Below are positions 18,648 to 28,858 of a stretch of DNA of 64,000 nucleotides, piece after piece. The DNA is from a virus (Duplodnaviria > Caudoviricetes): IMG/VR virus record IMGVR_UViG_3300028591_000189, positions 7,880-71,879 of that record; one strand, written 5' to 3'. The notes beneath the pieces were generated by a model, which was not told the origin of the DNA, made no database searches, and saw only the letters and a list, made by a program, of their open reading frames with translations. Numbering within the stretch: the stretch's first letter is position 1; each line of letters starts with the position of its first letter. The position numbers and the translations under genes were made by a program.

Positions 18648-20741
18648 ATGCCGGATAGAGTTATAAGCGTACCCCAGTTGACACAGATCGCAACAAAAAT
18701 AAAGAATAAGTTTGATAAAGTAAATGGCCGTTTAGCCTACTATCCGCTTGCGGTAAATGTGACAGATGGAAGTTATGTAGTCGGTTCAACAGGCGGCATT
18801 GGTACCAACGCAAATCTGTCATACGCAGAGGTTTCTGTTATTGCTTTCCGTGGGAAAGGCATCACGATTCAGTCCTATTTGTGGGAGGGCGCCGGATTTG
18901 CTTTTCTTGATGTGAACGGAGCATACATTTACGGCGAATCCGCAAACACAAAGGGCATTACTCCCGATGCCGGAGTGCTTACAAAGGTGGAAACAAGCGT
19001 ACCTTACAACGCTTACAGTCTGAGGGTGACACTCCATCAGCAGACATATGCCGCCAATGCCAACAGATATTTCTTCACGATTGGAGAAAACAAAGCAACG
19101 AAAGTTGTTTTTATCGGTGACAGTTACGGAACGGGATTCAACACTGGCGGTACCACAACAGGATGGATTCCCGGAACAGCGGCGGCACTTGGACTTAAAT
19201 CTTCTGACTTTGAAAGTCATGCAAAAGGCGGTGCGGGTTTCCGGCATCCGGCAAATATTACGCCTTACGAAACGTTTACAGACCTTTTAAATCTTTCAAC
19301 ACTTGCGAAAGCAGATGTCGGAAAGATTGTGGTCTGCGGCGGATACAACGAACAGCTTTACACGGTCAGTCAGCTTCTTGAAGCATTTGGAACATTTGCG
19401 GCAAAGGCAAGAGAAATGTATCCATTTGCCGAAATCTGCATTGGTATGATTGGTCATTCCGGCAAGGCAAGCGAACAGGAAATCCTTATGAACACAGTCA
19501 GACAGGGATATATGCAGATGGCGAACAGGGCCGGAGTGAGGTATCTGTCTAATGTGGAATACGTTCTGACGGACGATAATGTTTCCTCTGATGACATCCA
19601 TCCAGACCAGACTGGAGCAACAGCCCTTGGAACAGCAATCGGAAATGCAGTAAAGACAGGCGGCGTAAGTGCTATCAATGTTGCGGCTCAGAGTAGCGGA
19701 AGCGGCGGCGCTGTTGTTGTGACCAATGCAAGTGATATGACAGACACGACCCTGATATATCTGTATGAAGGAAGCGAGACAGGATATACAGCCGGACATT
19801 TTTATTACTACAACGGTACGGCATGGGTTGATGGCGGTCTGTATTATGTCGGCAGGGATGGAACCAACGGACAGGATGGACAAGACGGCGTTGACGGGGC
19901 AGACGGACAGGATGGACAAGACGGTTTTAGCCCCGTTGCTACTGTGGAAGCAACATCAACTGGCGTAAGAATTTCTATTACCGACAAAAATGGGACTACA
20001 TCCGCAACAGTTCAGAACGGAACAGCAACGGACGCACAAGTGGCGGCGTGGCTCGACAATCATCCTGAAGCAACCACAACGGTAGAGGACGGTTCAATCA
20101 CAGACGCAAAACTTTCAGCAAGTCTGAAAGAAACCATCGAAAGTGGTGGTTCTGACGGATTCGACCTTATCGTTGATAGCAACGGCAACGGAATTTTGGC
20201 AAAGGCTTACTATCTCTACAACGAGGGCGATGAGTATGCAGGCAGAACTGGTGGATGGGAGCTGAGAAGCACATTTAGGGGATCAACGGATTATGGTTCT
20301 TATTCGGAGGAATCCGACCATTTGCATCTCGGCCTTGACAATGCTCCTGCATCTGCTGTTTGCGGTTTGCTCATGACCACTGTCAACAAATTTAAATTTA
20401 AGGCAGGGGATGTAATTAAGATTCGTGCTGTTGCACGAAAAGGTTCATCTGGAAACGCGTCTGCAAGAATTTACCTGTCACCTACTGCCAATCAGACAAA
20501 CACTGGCATAAATAAGAATACTGCTACATGGCGCACGAATACTCTGACTAGCGCTTACGAAAGCTATAAAATATATCAAGAAGCGTCCAACGCAAAAACA
20601 ACTCAGCAGAATCTTGAGTTTACTGTGGCATCCGATATTGAAGCGTATCTGTGCTTCGAATCCTTATGCACCTATGAGTCCAGCTTAACAAAAATGGAAA
20701 CGTATTGGGATGTATACGAAGTAAAGGTGGTGAGAGAGTAA
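18648..20741 (+). CDS. SGNH/GDSL hydrolase with collagen-like linker (putative virion-associated esterase)
   Basis: FIGDSY, GGYNE, DDIHP catalytic blocks; G-X-Y repeats GRDGTNGQDGQDGVDGADGQDGQDG. Confidence 0.8.
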   Translation: MPDRVISVPQLTQIATKIKNKFDKVNGRLAYYPLAVNVTDGSYVVGSTGGIGTNANLSYAEVSVIAFRGKGITIQSYLWEGAGFAFLDVNGAYIYGESANTKGITPDAGVLTKVETSVPYNAYSLRVTLHQQTYAANANRYFFTIGENKATKVVFIGDSYGTGFNTGGTTTGWIPGTAAALGLKSSDFESHAKGGAGFRHPANITPYETFTDLLNLSTLAKADVGKIVVCGGYNEQLYTVSQLLEAFGTFAAKAREMYPFAEICIGMIGHSGKASEQEILMNTVRQGYMQMANRAGVRYLSNVEYVLTDDNVSSDDIHPDQTGATALGTAIGNAVKTGGVSAINVAAQSSGSGGAVVVTNASDMTDTTLIYLYEGSETGYTAGHFYYYNGTAWVDGGLYYVGRDGTNGQDGQDGVDGADGQDGQDGFSPVATVEATSTGVRISITDKNGTTSATVQNGTATDAQVAAWLDNHPEATTTVEDGSITDAKLSASLKETIESGGSDGFDLIVDSNGNGILAKAYYLYNEGDEYAGRTGGWELRSTFRGSTDYGSYSEESDHLHLGLDNAPASAVCGLLMTTVNKFKFKAGDVIKIRAVARKGSSGNASARIYLSPTANQTNTGINKNTATWRTNTLTSAYESYKIYQEASNAKTTQQNLEFTVASDIEAYLCFESLCTYESSLTKMETYWDVYEVKVVRE

Positions 20742-21886
20742 TGGCCGAAATGAAAACATTCTACGGAGCAGACCTTTGCGATAATGGTGGACGGACCTTG
20801 ATTGCCGACCTTGACGGAGTGGTAAAAGGTGCTGACATCGAAGATATCTCCGCTAACTACACATGGGTACAGGGTGCGGCGCAAGGCATCTATGATTCGT
20901 CCACAACTTCTGCCAGAAATCAGCGATTAATTGTTGCTGACAGCGGGTATATCGAAGGTAAGTGCCGTATCAGTGTAGACAGCACAAAAATTCTGTACTG
21001 CATTGCGCTCTATAATAAATACGGTGACTGGCTTGGATGCGTTAAGGTCGATGGGACACTTGATACAACTGCACAGTCACAAGCCGTGGAAGTAACCGAT
21101 TTTTACAGAGGGACAGATTATATAGTCCCCGAAGGTAAAAAGGTCAAGATTTCAATTAAGAAATTAGACAACTCCCAAATCTCCACGGACTATGCTCAGT
21201 ATATTACCATTCATTCATCCAAGTCTGCTCCAATGGACTATCTCAATCCAGTGGTAGCTTTTAATGCTCCTGCTCTTGACATGATTGGAAAGAAAATCGT
21301 GTTTTTGGGTGATTCTTTACTTGAGCAGAATAGTGCGTGGGCCACGAGAATCGCAAAGAAATACAACATGGATTATATTGTCCGTGGCGTAGGTCAGCAG
21401 AGGTGGTGGGTAAACTCCAACTTTGCCTCCGGCGGCGTATATCAGGTAAAGACCCTTATCGCAGGAAGTTTTGTTCCCGACTATATTGTGCTTGAATACG
21501 GAACAAATGATATATGGGTTAGCTCCGGTACCATCGGACAGTATTCTGATGCCGCTTCGGATACAGCGCAGAATACGGTGTCCGCAATGCGCTATTGCAT
21601 AGAGACATTACAAGCAACATATCCGTCCGCAAAGATTCTTGTTATACTCCCATGCTTGCGTACCAATTCCGGTAAAGAGCCGACAGCGCAGGCAACATAC
21701 AGAACCATTGCAAATCAAGTCCTTGATGATTACTCTATCAAGAGGATCGATATGTACAAGGAATCAGGAATTGTGTTTGCAATGATGCAGGGAGACGGTG
21801 TGCACATCAACGTTGCTGTAGACGGCGTTAAAATCGCAATTAACAAATACTCGTCTACGGTAGAAAAAGCACTTTTGTCACTATAA
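20741..21886 (+). CDS. SGNH/GDSL hydrolase with N-terminal beta domain
   Basis: FLGDSL, YGTND, DGVH blocks. Confidence 0.8.
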   Translation: MAEMKTFYGADLCDNGGRTLIADLDGVVKGADIEDISANYTWVQGAAQGIYDSSTTSARNQRLIVADSGYIEGKCRISVDSTKILYCIALYNKYGDWLGCVKVDGTLDTTAQSQAVEVTDFYRGTDYIVPEGKKVKISIKKLDNSQISTDYAQYITIHSSKSAPMDYLNPVVAFNAPALDMIGKKIVFLGDSLLEQNSAWATRIAKKYNMDYIVRGVGQQRWWVNSNFASGGVYQVKTLIAGSFVPDYIVLEYGTNDIWVSSGTIGQYSDAASDTAQNTVSAMRYCIETLQATYPSAKILVILPCLRTNSGKEPTAQATYRTIANQVLDDYSIKRIDMYKESGIVFAMMQGDGVHINVAVDGVKIAINKYSSTVEKALLSL

Positions 21887-22177
21887 CGCATAAAATATCT
21901 GATTGGTAAAGAGCGAGGTGATGCCTATGTACCCTGACGGAAATCCGACAATAATGTAGGCATCGGTGCGGCCTTCGTATGACAGTTAAATGTCCAGATT
22001 CGCAAGAGGAAACAGCCGTAAGTATAATAATGTATTAAAGGCATATTTACCGTGGCTAATTCACAACATTTAAACCGCATTTTATGACTTGTGCTTGTAT
22101 CTCTTTGTCTACTATGGTAGACCGAAAATACCTAGAAATAGGGAATCAGTTTATCATAGTAGAAAGGAGATAAATGA

Positions 22178-23183
22178 ATGACAGCATTTGTTGATGGCTT
22201 TGTTGCAGAGTTGGGGCCACGGTTCAGTGCAGAGGATACACGTTTTATCCGTGACAAGTTGTACGCATTTACGCTTAACTTTGAAGTACGTCCGATTCAG
22301 ACCGCAATAGTCAGCGTGGATTATCAGCTTCCGATGGAATACAAGATGTTCATGGTGTCTAAAAAGCAAGACGGGCGCATGAACCAGCGGAGCGCAAGGC
22401 AGTACCAAATGTGCTTAGAGGACATGCTTACCACTATCAAGCTGCCTGTCCAGTGCATCAAGACAGAACACGTCAGGGCGTACCTTTTCAACAGAGATAT
22501 AAACCGCAATACAGGTAAGCCACTATCACCGTACACAAGGAACGCAAAGAAGAGCATGATCCGTTCGTTCTTTACGTGGTTAAAGGAAAATGGATACATC
22601 AGTGAAAATCCTACTGCGGTCATAAAGACAGAGAAGACCACTTCGGTTGAGCCTAGAGAGCCGCTTACAGATGAAGAAGTCGAACTGCTCAAACTGACCG
22701 TAACTAACCTTCGTGACAGGGCCTTAGTGGAAATCATGCTTGCGACTGGTGTGCGTGTAGAGGAACTTTGTCTGCATCAAAAAATCGGACGTAGACTTCA
22801 CAGTGCGGTCAATCCGTATCTTAGGCAAGGGTAGCAAGTGGCGGACGGTCTATTACAGCAAGTCGGCGGCGGTGCATTTAAAGCGGTATCTTGATTCACG
22901 CAATGATGATTCTCCATACCTTATAGTGACACGCAGAGGGGCGCATCAGCTTACCACGGGAACTGTAAGGTTGGTGCTTCGTGACGCTGGCAAGGCCGCA
23001 GGGGTCAATCACTTGCATCCACACAGGCTCAGACATACATTTGCAAGCGACTTAGAGAAAAGTGGCTGTCCGATTGAAGTGATACAGGAGTTGTTAGGAC
23101 ACAGCAATCTCAGCACGACACGGACTTATGTCAAGGTCGATGCTGATAACATTAAAGCGACTTACGAAAGGTATATGAAGTGA
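22178..23183 (+). pseudogene. Xer-like tyrosine recombinase split by a +1 frameshift (extra T at 22767-22769), or a sequencing error
   Basis: ATGVRVEEL in ORF 22178-22834; GKGSKWR and HPHRLRHT...LGHSNLSTTRTY in ORF 22803-23183; removing one T gives continuous ELVCIKKSDVDF. Confidence 0.8.
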
Positions 23184-24208
23184 CAGATATACTTGAATTT
23201 ATTTTAAAGAATCAGATTACTTATAACACATGGGAAAGTTTGCAGACAGAGGTTACTTCTGCCCTTAAACACCACGAAGAACTTATCCGAAGCATGGCTC
23301 AGTACGTGCTTGATGGTAAGGCAGGCGGCGGAGACGAACGCAAGAACGTGTTGGGCGTATACTATGATGAAGTCCAGGATTATGTTACATGGGTTTGCAG
23401 AATGGCAGATGATGTATGGGCTGGAAAGTGGGGCAACGGTGATGAAGCGAGAGAGCAGAGGTTCATTGATGCCGGATACTCCGCAGAGGACTATAAGATG
23501 GTAAAGGCCCGTGTCAATGCCACTAAAGACGAACACACCAATATTTCTATTCCCGATGGCTTAAAGCCTACTAAGGACATGGGCGGCAAAAGGTATCTGC
23601 TTTCTAATGTGCCTACAAAGAAAGGTGTTATCACATGGAAGGGCTACCCGCAGGGGGCGCAGGGAGAGAACCCTTATGTATTCACTGGCTCCGGGTGTGG
23701 TTTCATGAGTTTCTATTCTGCCATATCTACCATCAAGGGATACAACATGACACCGCTTGAATACGCCAACAAGAACCTGAAAGCGGTTGGTGGAACCAAA
23801 TGTCCTATATCTACCGCAATAGGTCAGCGGTTGCTTGAAAGGGAAGGAATCAAATACAAACGGGTTAAATCCTTCACCACGGACGGACTTGCTAAAATCC
23901 TTCGTGAGCATCTTTCAAAGGGTTGCCCTGCGGTTGTGGCTCTTACAAGGTGCAACAGGGCTGGCGTGAACCACAAAGGGAGATACGCAAACTCAGAACA
24001 CTATGCGCTTCTGATCGGTGTAACTGCTGATGGGAAGAAAGCATACCTTATGGACAGCAGTAGAGATACGGCAAGAGGCCCTAGGTACGTTGACCTTTGG
24101 GATATTTGCGACCACATTCCTACTGCGAGAGAAAAGGAAGACTTGCATCCTGAAGGACTTTGGAATGGATGGGTAAACTGCGGCGGAGTGGTTCTGATTG
24201 ATATGTGA
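23180..24208 (+). CDS. Second cell-wall hydrolase-like protein (Cpl-7/CW_7-type repeat + C39-like cysteine peptidase)
   Basis: V..GKWGNG..R...AGY...V...VN; GSGCG..S and HY.LLIG motifs. Confidence 0.7.
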   Translation: MTDILEFILKNQITYNTWESLQTEVTSALKHHEELIRSMAQYVLDGKAGGGDERKNVLGVYYDEVQDYVTWVCRMADDVWAGKWGNGDEAREQRFIDAGYSAEDYKMVKARVNATKDEHTNISIPDGLKPTKDMGGKRYLLSNVPTKKGVITWKGYPQGAQGENPYVFTGSGCGFMSFYSAISTIKGYNMTPLEYANKNLKAVGGTKCPISTAIGQRLLEREGIKYKRVKSFTTDGLAKILREHLSKGCPAVVALTRCNRAGVNHKGRYANSEHYALLIGVTADGKKAYLMDSSRDTARGPRYVDLWDICDHIPTAREKEDLHPEGLWNGWVNCGGVVLIDM

Positions 24209-24242
24209 GCATAACACAATTCTAGATATGCGTTTTGCACGA

Positions 24243-24270
24243 AACGGGGGTGAAAAAAGCCCCCGTTTTT
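24243..24270 (+). terminator. Rho-independent terminator
   Basis: aacggggg tgaaaaaag cccccgtt ttt. Confidence 0.75.
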
Positions 24271-24575
24271 GGTTTAAGGTGGGTTGAGATTGGTTCAAGA
24301 AATGGGTTAAGGCTTACAATATACACTCACTATACAATGCACTGATTTTTTGGCTTAAAACCTAGATTCTTAGCAAAGTCCAAGATAAATTAACGCAAAA
24401 GAAGAACCACGGGAAATCAATGTTTTCCGTGGTTTTCTGTATTCTTAGATGAAGTTAAATGAAGATGATTTGAGATAAACCTATTCTTTCTCGCCACTTA
24501 ATCTATACACGGAAATCAATCTGCTCTATACCAACTTCTTACAAGCGGATTCATCGTGTATAGAAATATAAAAAC

Positions 24576-25652
24576 TCAATCTGCTCTATACAGTGGCAGT
24601 TTGTTTATCTCTTTTACCAGTTCCGAAACAGGGATACGGGTATAAACATCTTCGGTTATATCATTCTGAGCATGGCCCAGGATTGCTTTACGGCGGTTAA
24701 GTGGCACTCCGGCAAGTTCCATCATCGTACCGCAAGTAACTCTGGTATCATGTGGCTTATGTTCCATTCCCAACAAGTCCATAAGCCGCCGCCACGGGGT
24801 AGAGTAGAACGCAGTAAATGTGTATGCTCTGCCCCGTGTGTCGTGAATCAGATATTTATAACGTGCATCAATGTGTGACTTCATAAGTGGTATGATCGAA
24901 TCATGCAGAGGAATGACACGGTTTCTCCCTGCATCGGTTTTCATGCCGCCCGTCATGTATCGTTCTTCATAATGGATGTTCTTAATCTCAATATGGCAAA
25001 GTTCAGATGCACGAAGGCCAGTGTAAACCATAACCAGTATGAACCATGCTTCATCTTGCCTTTCCCACAACAGTTTCAATTCATCTTCCGTGAACGGTGT
25101 ATGTGCTTCTTCCTCATTGACTGTGTATTCTGCCGTGATAAGTCTGCTGTAATCCTTTTCCACCAACTCATATTTCAGAGCGTAATCATACATACCGTGA
25201 AGGACAGCTTTCATAAATCCGATTGTGGACTTTGAAAGGTGCGCTCTACGTTTGAAGCAAGCATCATAGTCAGCGGTCTTTAGAAACTGGAACGGTCTTT
25301 CGTGCAACTCTGAGAACTGCTTATAGGCAACGCCCCAGTTCTTCTGCAACGCCATTGATGGTTTCTTATTCATTCCCATACGGTAGTTGAACCACTTATC
25401 ATACATTTCTTCAAATGTAATCAGTTTGGAACTATACTCTGCGAGGGCTGGCTTGCCACGGTTATAATCAGCAAGGAAGGCCAGTGCTTCTGAACGTTTA
25501 GCAAAGTATCCTAGATACCTGTATTTGGCTCTGTAAACGATTTTTCCGTCCTTCTCGACCTTTTGCATACCCGTTGATATTCGTACTCCGTATGGCTTCC
25601 TACGGCGCTTTCCAAGGTACACTACGCCGCCGTATCCATTTGGCAATCTCAT
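24576..25652 (-). CDS. int: Phage integrase (tyrosine recombinase with N-terminal arm-binding domain)
   Basis: MRLPNGYG.V..L...RRKPY N-terminus; TGLRASE, HDTRVT, LGH...T..VY catalytic residues. Confidence 0.93.
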   Translation of the reverse strand: MRLPNGYGGVVYLGKRRRKPYGVRISTGMQKVEKDGKIVYRAKYRYLGYFAKRSEALAFLADYNRGKPALAEYSSKLITFEEMYDKWFNYRMGMNKKPSMALQKNWGVAYKQFSELHERPFQFLKTADYDACFKRRAHLSKSTIGFMKAVLHGMYDYALKYELVEKDYSRLITAEYTVNEEEAHTPFTEDELKLLWERQDEAWFILVMVYTGLRASELCHIEIKNIHYEERYMTGGMKTDAGRNRVIPLHDSIIPLMKSHIDARYKYLIHDTRGRAYTFTAFYSTPWRRLMDLLGMEHKPHDTRVTCGTMMELAGVPLNRRKAILGHAQNDITEDVYTRIPVSELVKEINKLPLYRAD

Positions 25653-25709
25653 GTCTTATTCTCCTTTCATAAATTAGTAAGAGCCGCCCTGCTAAGAACG
25701 GCCCTCTGC

Positions 25710-26363
25710 TTAAAATCTTCTCCTTACTTCAAACACTTTTCCGACAATCTCAACTGGCATGGTTTCGACTTCTTCTTTGGTATAGTGCTTGCTCTCATAC
25801 TCCGGGTTGATAGGAACAAGGGTAATGCCTTCATCGGTTATCTCAACACGCTTGCAAGTGGCATCTTCGCCATTGATCCGAACGATGCAAATGTCCTTGT
25901 TTTCGGCAAAACTCTGTTTCCGCACAACGACAATATCACCGTTCTTAATCTCCGGGTACATGGAATTACCTTTGATTGTGAGCGCAAACATGTCGTTCTG
26001 TTCCGCTACCCTCTTAGGAATATCCACGTACCCTATGATGTTGTCCTCTGCATGAATCGGCACTCCGGCAGCTACCCTTCCGACCAGCGGTATAGAAGCG
26101 GATTTGCTGTCCTTGTGAGTAGTGGTTTCTTTATCGGTAATGAGGGCCATCAATTCACCGCTACTCATCATCATAGCTTTTGCCAACTTTTCAATCGTAT
26201 CCACGGACGGGATAACATCTTTATCTGCCTTATACCGTTTGCCACGTTTGAGCATGTATATGTATGCACGAGATACACCAACCCTATTAGCAAATTCGGT
26301 GGAAGACATACCGTGTTCGTCACAGTATTTTGTGATTATTGCACCAATATCCATTGTGTTCAC
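25710..26363 (-). CDS. CI/LexA-like repressor (HTH_XRE + S24 peptidase)
   Basis: N-terminal HTH; IPLVGRVAAG, KGNSM (Ser), ATCKR (Lys). Confidence 0.93.
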   Translation of the reverse strand: MNTMDIGAIITKYCDEHGMSSTEFANRVGVSRAYIYMLKRGKRYKADKDVIPSVDTIEKLAKAMMMSSGELMALITDKETTTHKDSKSASIPLVGRVAAGVPIHAEDNIIGYVDIPKRVAEQNDMFALTIKGNSMYPEIKNGDIVVVRKQSFAENKDICIVRINGEDATCKRVEITDEGITLVPINPEYESKHYTKEEVETMPVEIVGKVFEVRRRF

Positions 26364-26443
26364 TCCTTTCCTGATGTATTTTTTATGTTTACTACATTAT
26401 ACATCTGTTAAAAAAATATGTCTATATCAGTTGACATAAACTG

Positions 26444-26472
26444 TTGACAATGAACGTCTACTATGGTAGACT
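26444..26472 (+). promoter_or_regulatory. Sigma70-type promoter (cro direction) overlapped by a TCTAC-N4-GTAGA operator
   Basis: TTGACA-17-TAGACT; palindrome TCTACtatgGTAGA at 26457-26470. Confidence 0.75.
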
Positions 26473-26526
26473 TTAACCAACGTTGATAACAACTCTCGTT
26501 TAATTATAGAAAGAAGGTGAGAAAAT

Positions 26527-26772
26527 TTGGCAAGAAACGAGAATACTAAAATCACGGTAATAGAACAGAAGCGGACGGAACTCCATATGTCACAGGTACA
26601 GCTTGCGGAGTACACAGGACTTAGCAGAATGACCATTCTCGACTTAGAGAACCGCCACAACACCAACCCCCAGGCTACTACCCTCATGGCGCTGTCAAAG
26701 GTGCTGAAAGTCCCGTTTGAGGTCTTATATGAGGATTGCTGTCAGAACGGCGGCGAAGATACTGAAAGTTGA
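26527..26772 (+). CDS. Cro-like HTH regulator
   Basis: MSQVQLAEYTGLSRMTILDLE HTH; divergent from CI. Confidence 0.85.
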   Translation: MARNENTKITVIEQKRTELHMSQVQLAEYTGLSRMTILDLENRHNTNPQATTLMALSKVLKVPFEVLYEDCCQNGGEDTES

Positions 26773-26917
26773 CCCTCTTACTCTCCGGGAACTCATAAAG
26801 GCACATGAGATACCGATAGGCAGATGTTACAAAAAAGCCGGAGCAAGTAGGTATACTTTTGTGCTTTATGAACAGGAAGTGAGGAAATTTGCAAAGGAAA
26901 TGGGGTTGGAACAATGA
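26729..26917 (+). CDS. Excisionase-like HTH protein
   Basis: AVRTAAKILKVDPLTLRELIK MerR/Xis-like winged helix after cro. Confidence 0.6.
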   Translation: MRIAVRTAAKILKVDPLTLRELIKAHEIPIGRCYKKAGASRYTFVLYEQEVRKFAKEMGLEQ

Positions 26918-27090
26918 AGGAAAGGGTGTTACGGATTGACGAAACAGGGACTTATCTTGACGAAGAGGAAGTCCCCGTCATGACCGACATTAACGGAGTG
27001 GAAATCTATGAGGGCGAACCGTACTGGAACATTGCCGGGGAAATCTACTCTAAGGAAACTATTGACGATATGAAAGAGTTTGCATAGCTT

Positions 27091-27789
27091 ATGGAACACG
27101 AAAAAATTTGCGGTATTTATATGCTGACGTGTGGCTTTTATGGCAACACATATATCGGACAAAGCAGAGATATTCTCCGCAGATACAACGAACACAAAAG
27201 TGGTCACAGCGGCAACCCATATGTTGAAGCAGACAGGGAAATGTTTGGCAAAGACAATCTGACTATTTCAATATTAGAAGAGTGCGACCCTGATATGCTG
27301 GATGAACGGGAGCGGTTTTGGATTAAAGAACTTAACCCGGATCATAACAGATGTATGGGCGGCAAGGGTAGTTTGGGCCACGCTGTATCTGATACGGCAA
27401 GGAAGCTAATGTCGGAAGGCGCTAAAAAGCAATGGCAGTCTTATTCCGATGAAGAAAGAGCAAGGGTTTTATCGAACTTAAAACCGCCTTCATTCGGACA
27501 CACCGTTTCGCAAGAAACACGTCAGAAAATCAGCGCTTCAAAGATTGGCACAAAGCGCTCTGAATCATCTATTAAAAAGATGAAAGAAACAATTCGTATC
27601 AGTAAAGAGAACGGGTATATCCGTGACAATGCCGGACACAGAAAAAAGGTTATGTGCGTAGACACTGGCCTTGTGTTTGAAAGCGTAAAAGCTGCTGGAG
27701 AATATTACGGTATTGCTCCGACAAATGTTTCGTCAGTTCTTAAAGGGCGCTACAACACAACACATGGGCACAGTTTCAGATATTGTTAG
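27091..27789 (+). CDS. GIY-YIG homing endonuclease with NUMOD3/NUMOD1-type DNA-binding repeats
   Basis: CGIYML...YIGQS..I.RRY.EH; H.VS.ETRQKIS; KKVMCVDTGLVFESVKAA. Confidence 0.9.
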   Translation: MEHEKICGIYMLTCGFYGNTYIGQSRDILRRYNEHKSGHSGNPYVEADREMFGKDNLTISILEECDPDMLDERERFWIKELNPDHNRCMGGKGSLGHAVSDTARKLMSEGAKKQWQSYSDEERARVLSNLKPPSFGHTVSQETRQKISASKIGTKRSESSIKKMKETIRISKENGYIRDNAGHRKKVMCVDTGLVFESVKAAGEYYGIAPTNVSSVLKGRYNTTHGHSFRYC

Positions 27790-27798
27790 GAGAAAACG

Positions 27799-28614
27799 AT
27801 GGCAAGTAAAGATTTTTTAGTTGCGGTTCATGACGGGCTGAAAAACAGCATGGCGGCACAGTCCGAAGCAATCCCGGCAGACCTCAACAAACAGAGGTTC
27901 ATTCAGAACTGCATGACGGTATTACAGGAATCGAAAACGGACTTCTCACGGTGCGACCCCCGTTCTGTCCAGAGGACACTCTTAAAGGGTGCGTTCCTTG
28001 GACTGGACTTCTTTAGGGGAGAGTGCTATGCAATCCCGTTTGGCAACCAGTGTACGTTTCTGACTGACTACAAAGGCGAAATCAAGCTGTGTAAGAAGTA
28101 CGCCATGAACCCCATCAAAGACATTTATGCAAAGGTGGTTCGTGAGGGTGACGAGTTTGAGGAAGTTATTGTAGATGGCAGACAGAGTATCAACTTCCGG
28201 CCTAAACCGTTCAATGACGGTGAGATTATCGGTGCATTTGCGGTCTGCATGTATAAGGACGGTTCGATGCTGTACGACACAATGAGCAAGGCACAGATCG
28301 AAGAGACAAGGCACTCTTTCAGTAAGGCCAGCAATTCTAAGGCGTGGAAGGACAGCTACGGGGAAATGTGCAAAAAGACCGTTCTGCGTAGGCTGTGTAA
28401 ACTTATCGACCTGGATTTTGGCAGTATGGAACGTGCAGATGCCTTTGAGGAAGGCGGCGACAACAAAGTGACTGACAGGAAGCACATTGAGAAGGCCGCT
28501 GACGTTTACGCAGATGAACCCGTTGACGTAGAAGCAACCGAAGTGGAAGAACCTAACTGGTTCGATGCAACAGATGATGAAATCACAGCACAGGCAAATG
28601 AGGTATTCAAATGA
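27799..28614 (+). CDS. recT: RecT-family single-strand annealing protein
   Basis: LGLD....ECYAIPFG, YKGEIKL, EMCKKTVLRRLCK. Confidence 0.9.
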   Translation: MASKDFLVAVHDGLKNSMAAQSEAIPADLNKQRFIQNCMTVLQESKTDFSRCDPRSVQRTLLKGAFLGLDFFRGECYAIPFGNQCTFLTDYKGEIKLCKKYAMNPIKDIYAKVVREGDEFEEVIVDGRQSINFRPKPFNDGEIIGAFAVCMYKDGSMLYDTMSKAQIEETRHSFSKASNSKAWKDSYGEMCKKTVLRRLCKLIDLDFGSMERADAFEEGGDNKVTDRKHIEKAADVYADEPVDVEATEVEEPNWFDATDDEITAQANEVFK

Positions 28615-28856
28615 GAATTGAAAAAACAGTAACAGTAACCGTAAAGACCACTGACGGAGAAGTGTTGGAGAACGGCAACATTATCCTGTATACCACAAAG
28701 AGCAACCCGCACGCTACACTGGCAATCTATGTGGGGCTGGACGAGAAGGGCATGATTTGTCTGACCGACTATCTGACAGGCGAAGAGTACAAGAAGGCCC
28801 CTAACTCCATTGACGAGTGCCGCATTTTCGTTACTGATGCTTGCAAGGTAGGCTGA
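28611..28856 (+). CDS. Hypothetical protein
   Basis: ATGA-coupled ORF between recT and exonuclease. Confidence 0.6.
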   Translation: MRIEKTVTVTVKTTDGEVLENGNIILYTTKSNPHATLAIYVGLDEKGMICLTDYLTGEEYKKAPNSIDECRIFVTDACKVG

Positions 28857-28858
28857 GT

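Noticed and set aside
19854-19932. Tandem gacgg/caggatgga repeats
   Set aside because: Explained by a collagen-like G-X-Y coding linker within the SGNH protein.
14416-21886. Diversity-generating retroelement acting on fibre genes
   Set aside because: No reverse transcriptase ORF and no TR/VR pair differing at adenines was seen.
26914-27799. Group I intron hosting the GIY-YIG gene
   Set aside because: Flanking genes are intact and abut the ORF within a few nt, leaving no room for an intron core.
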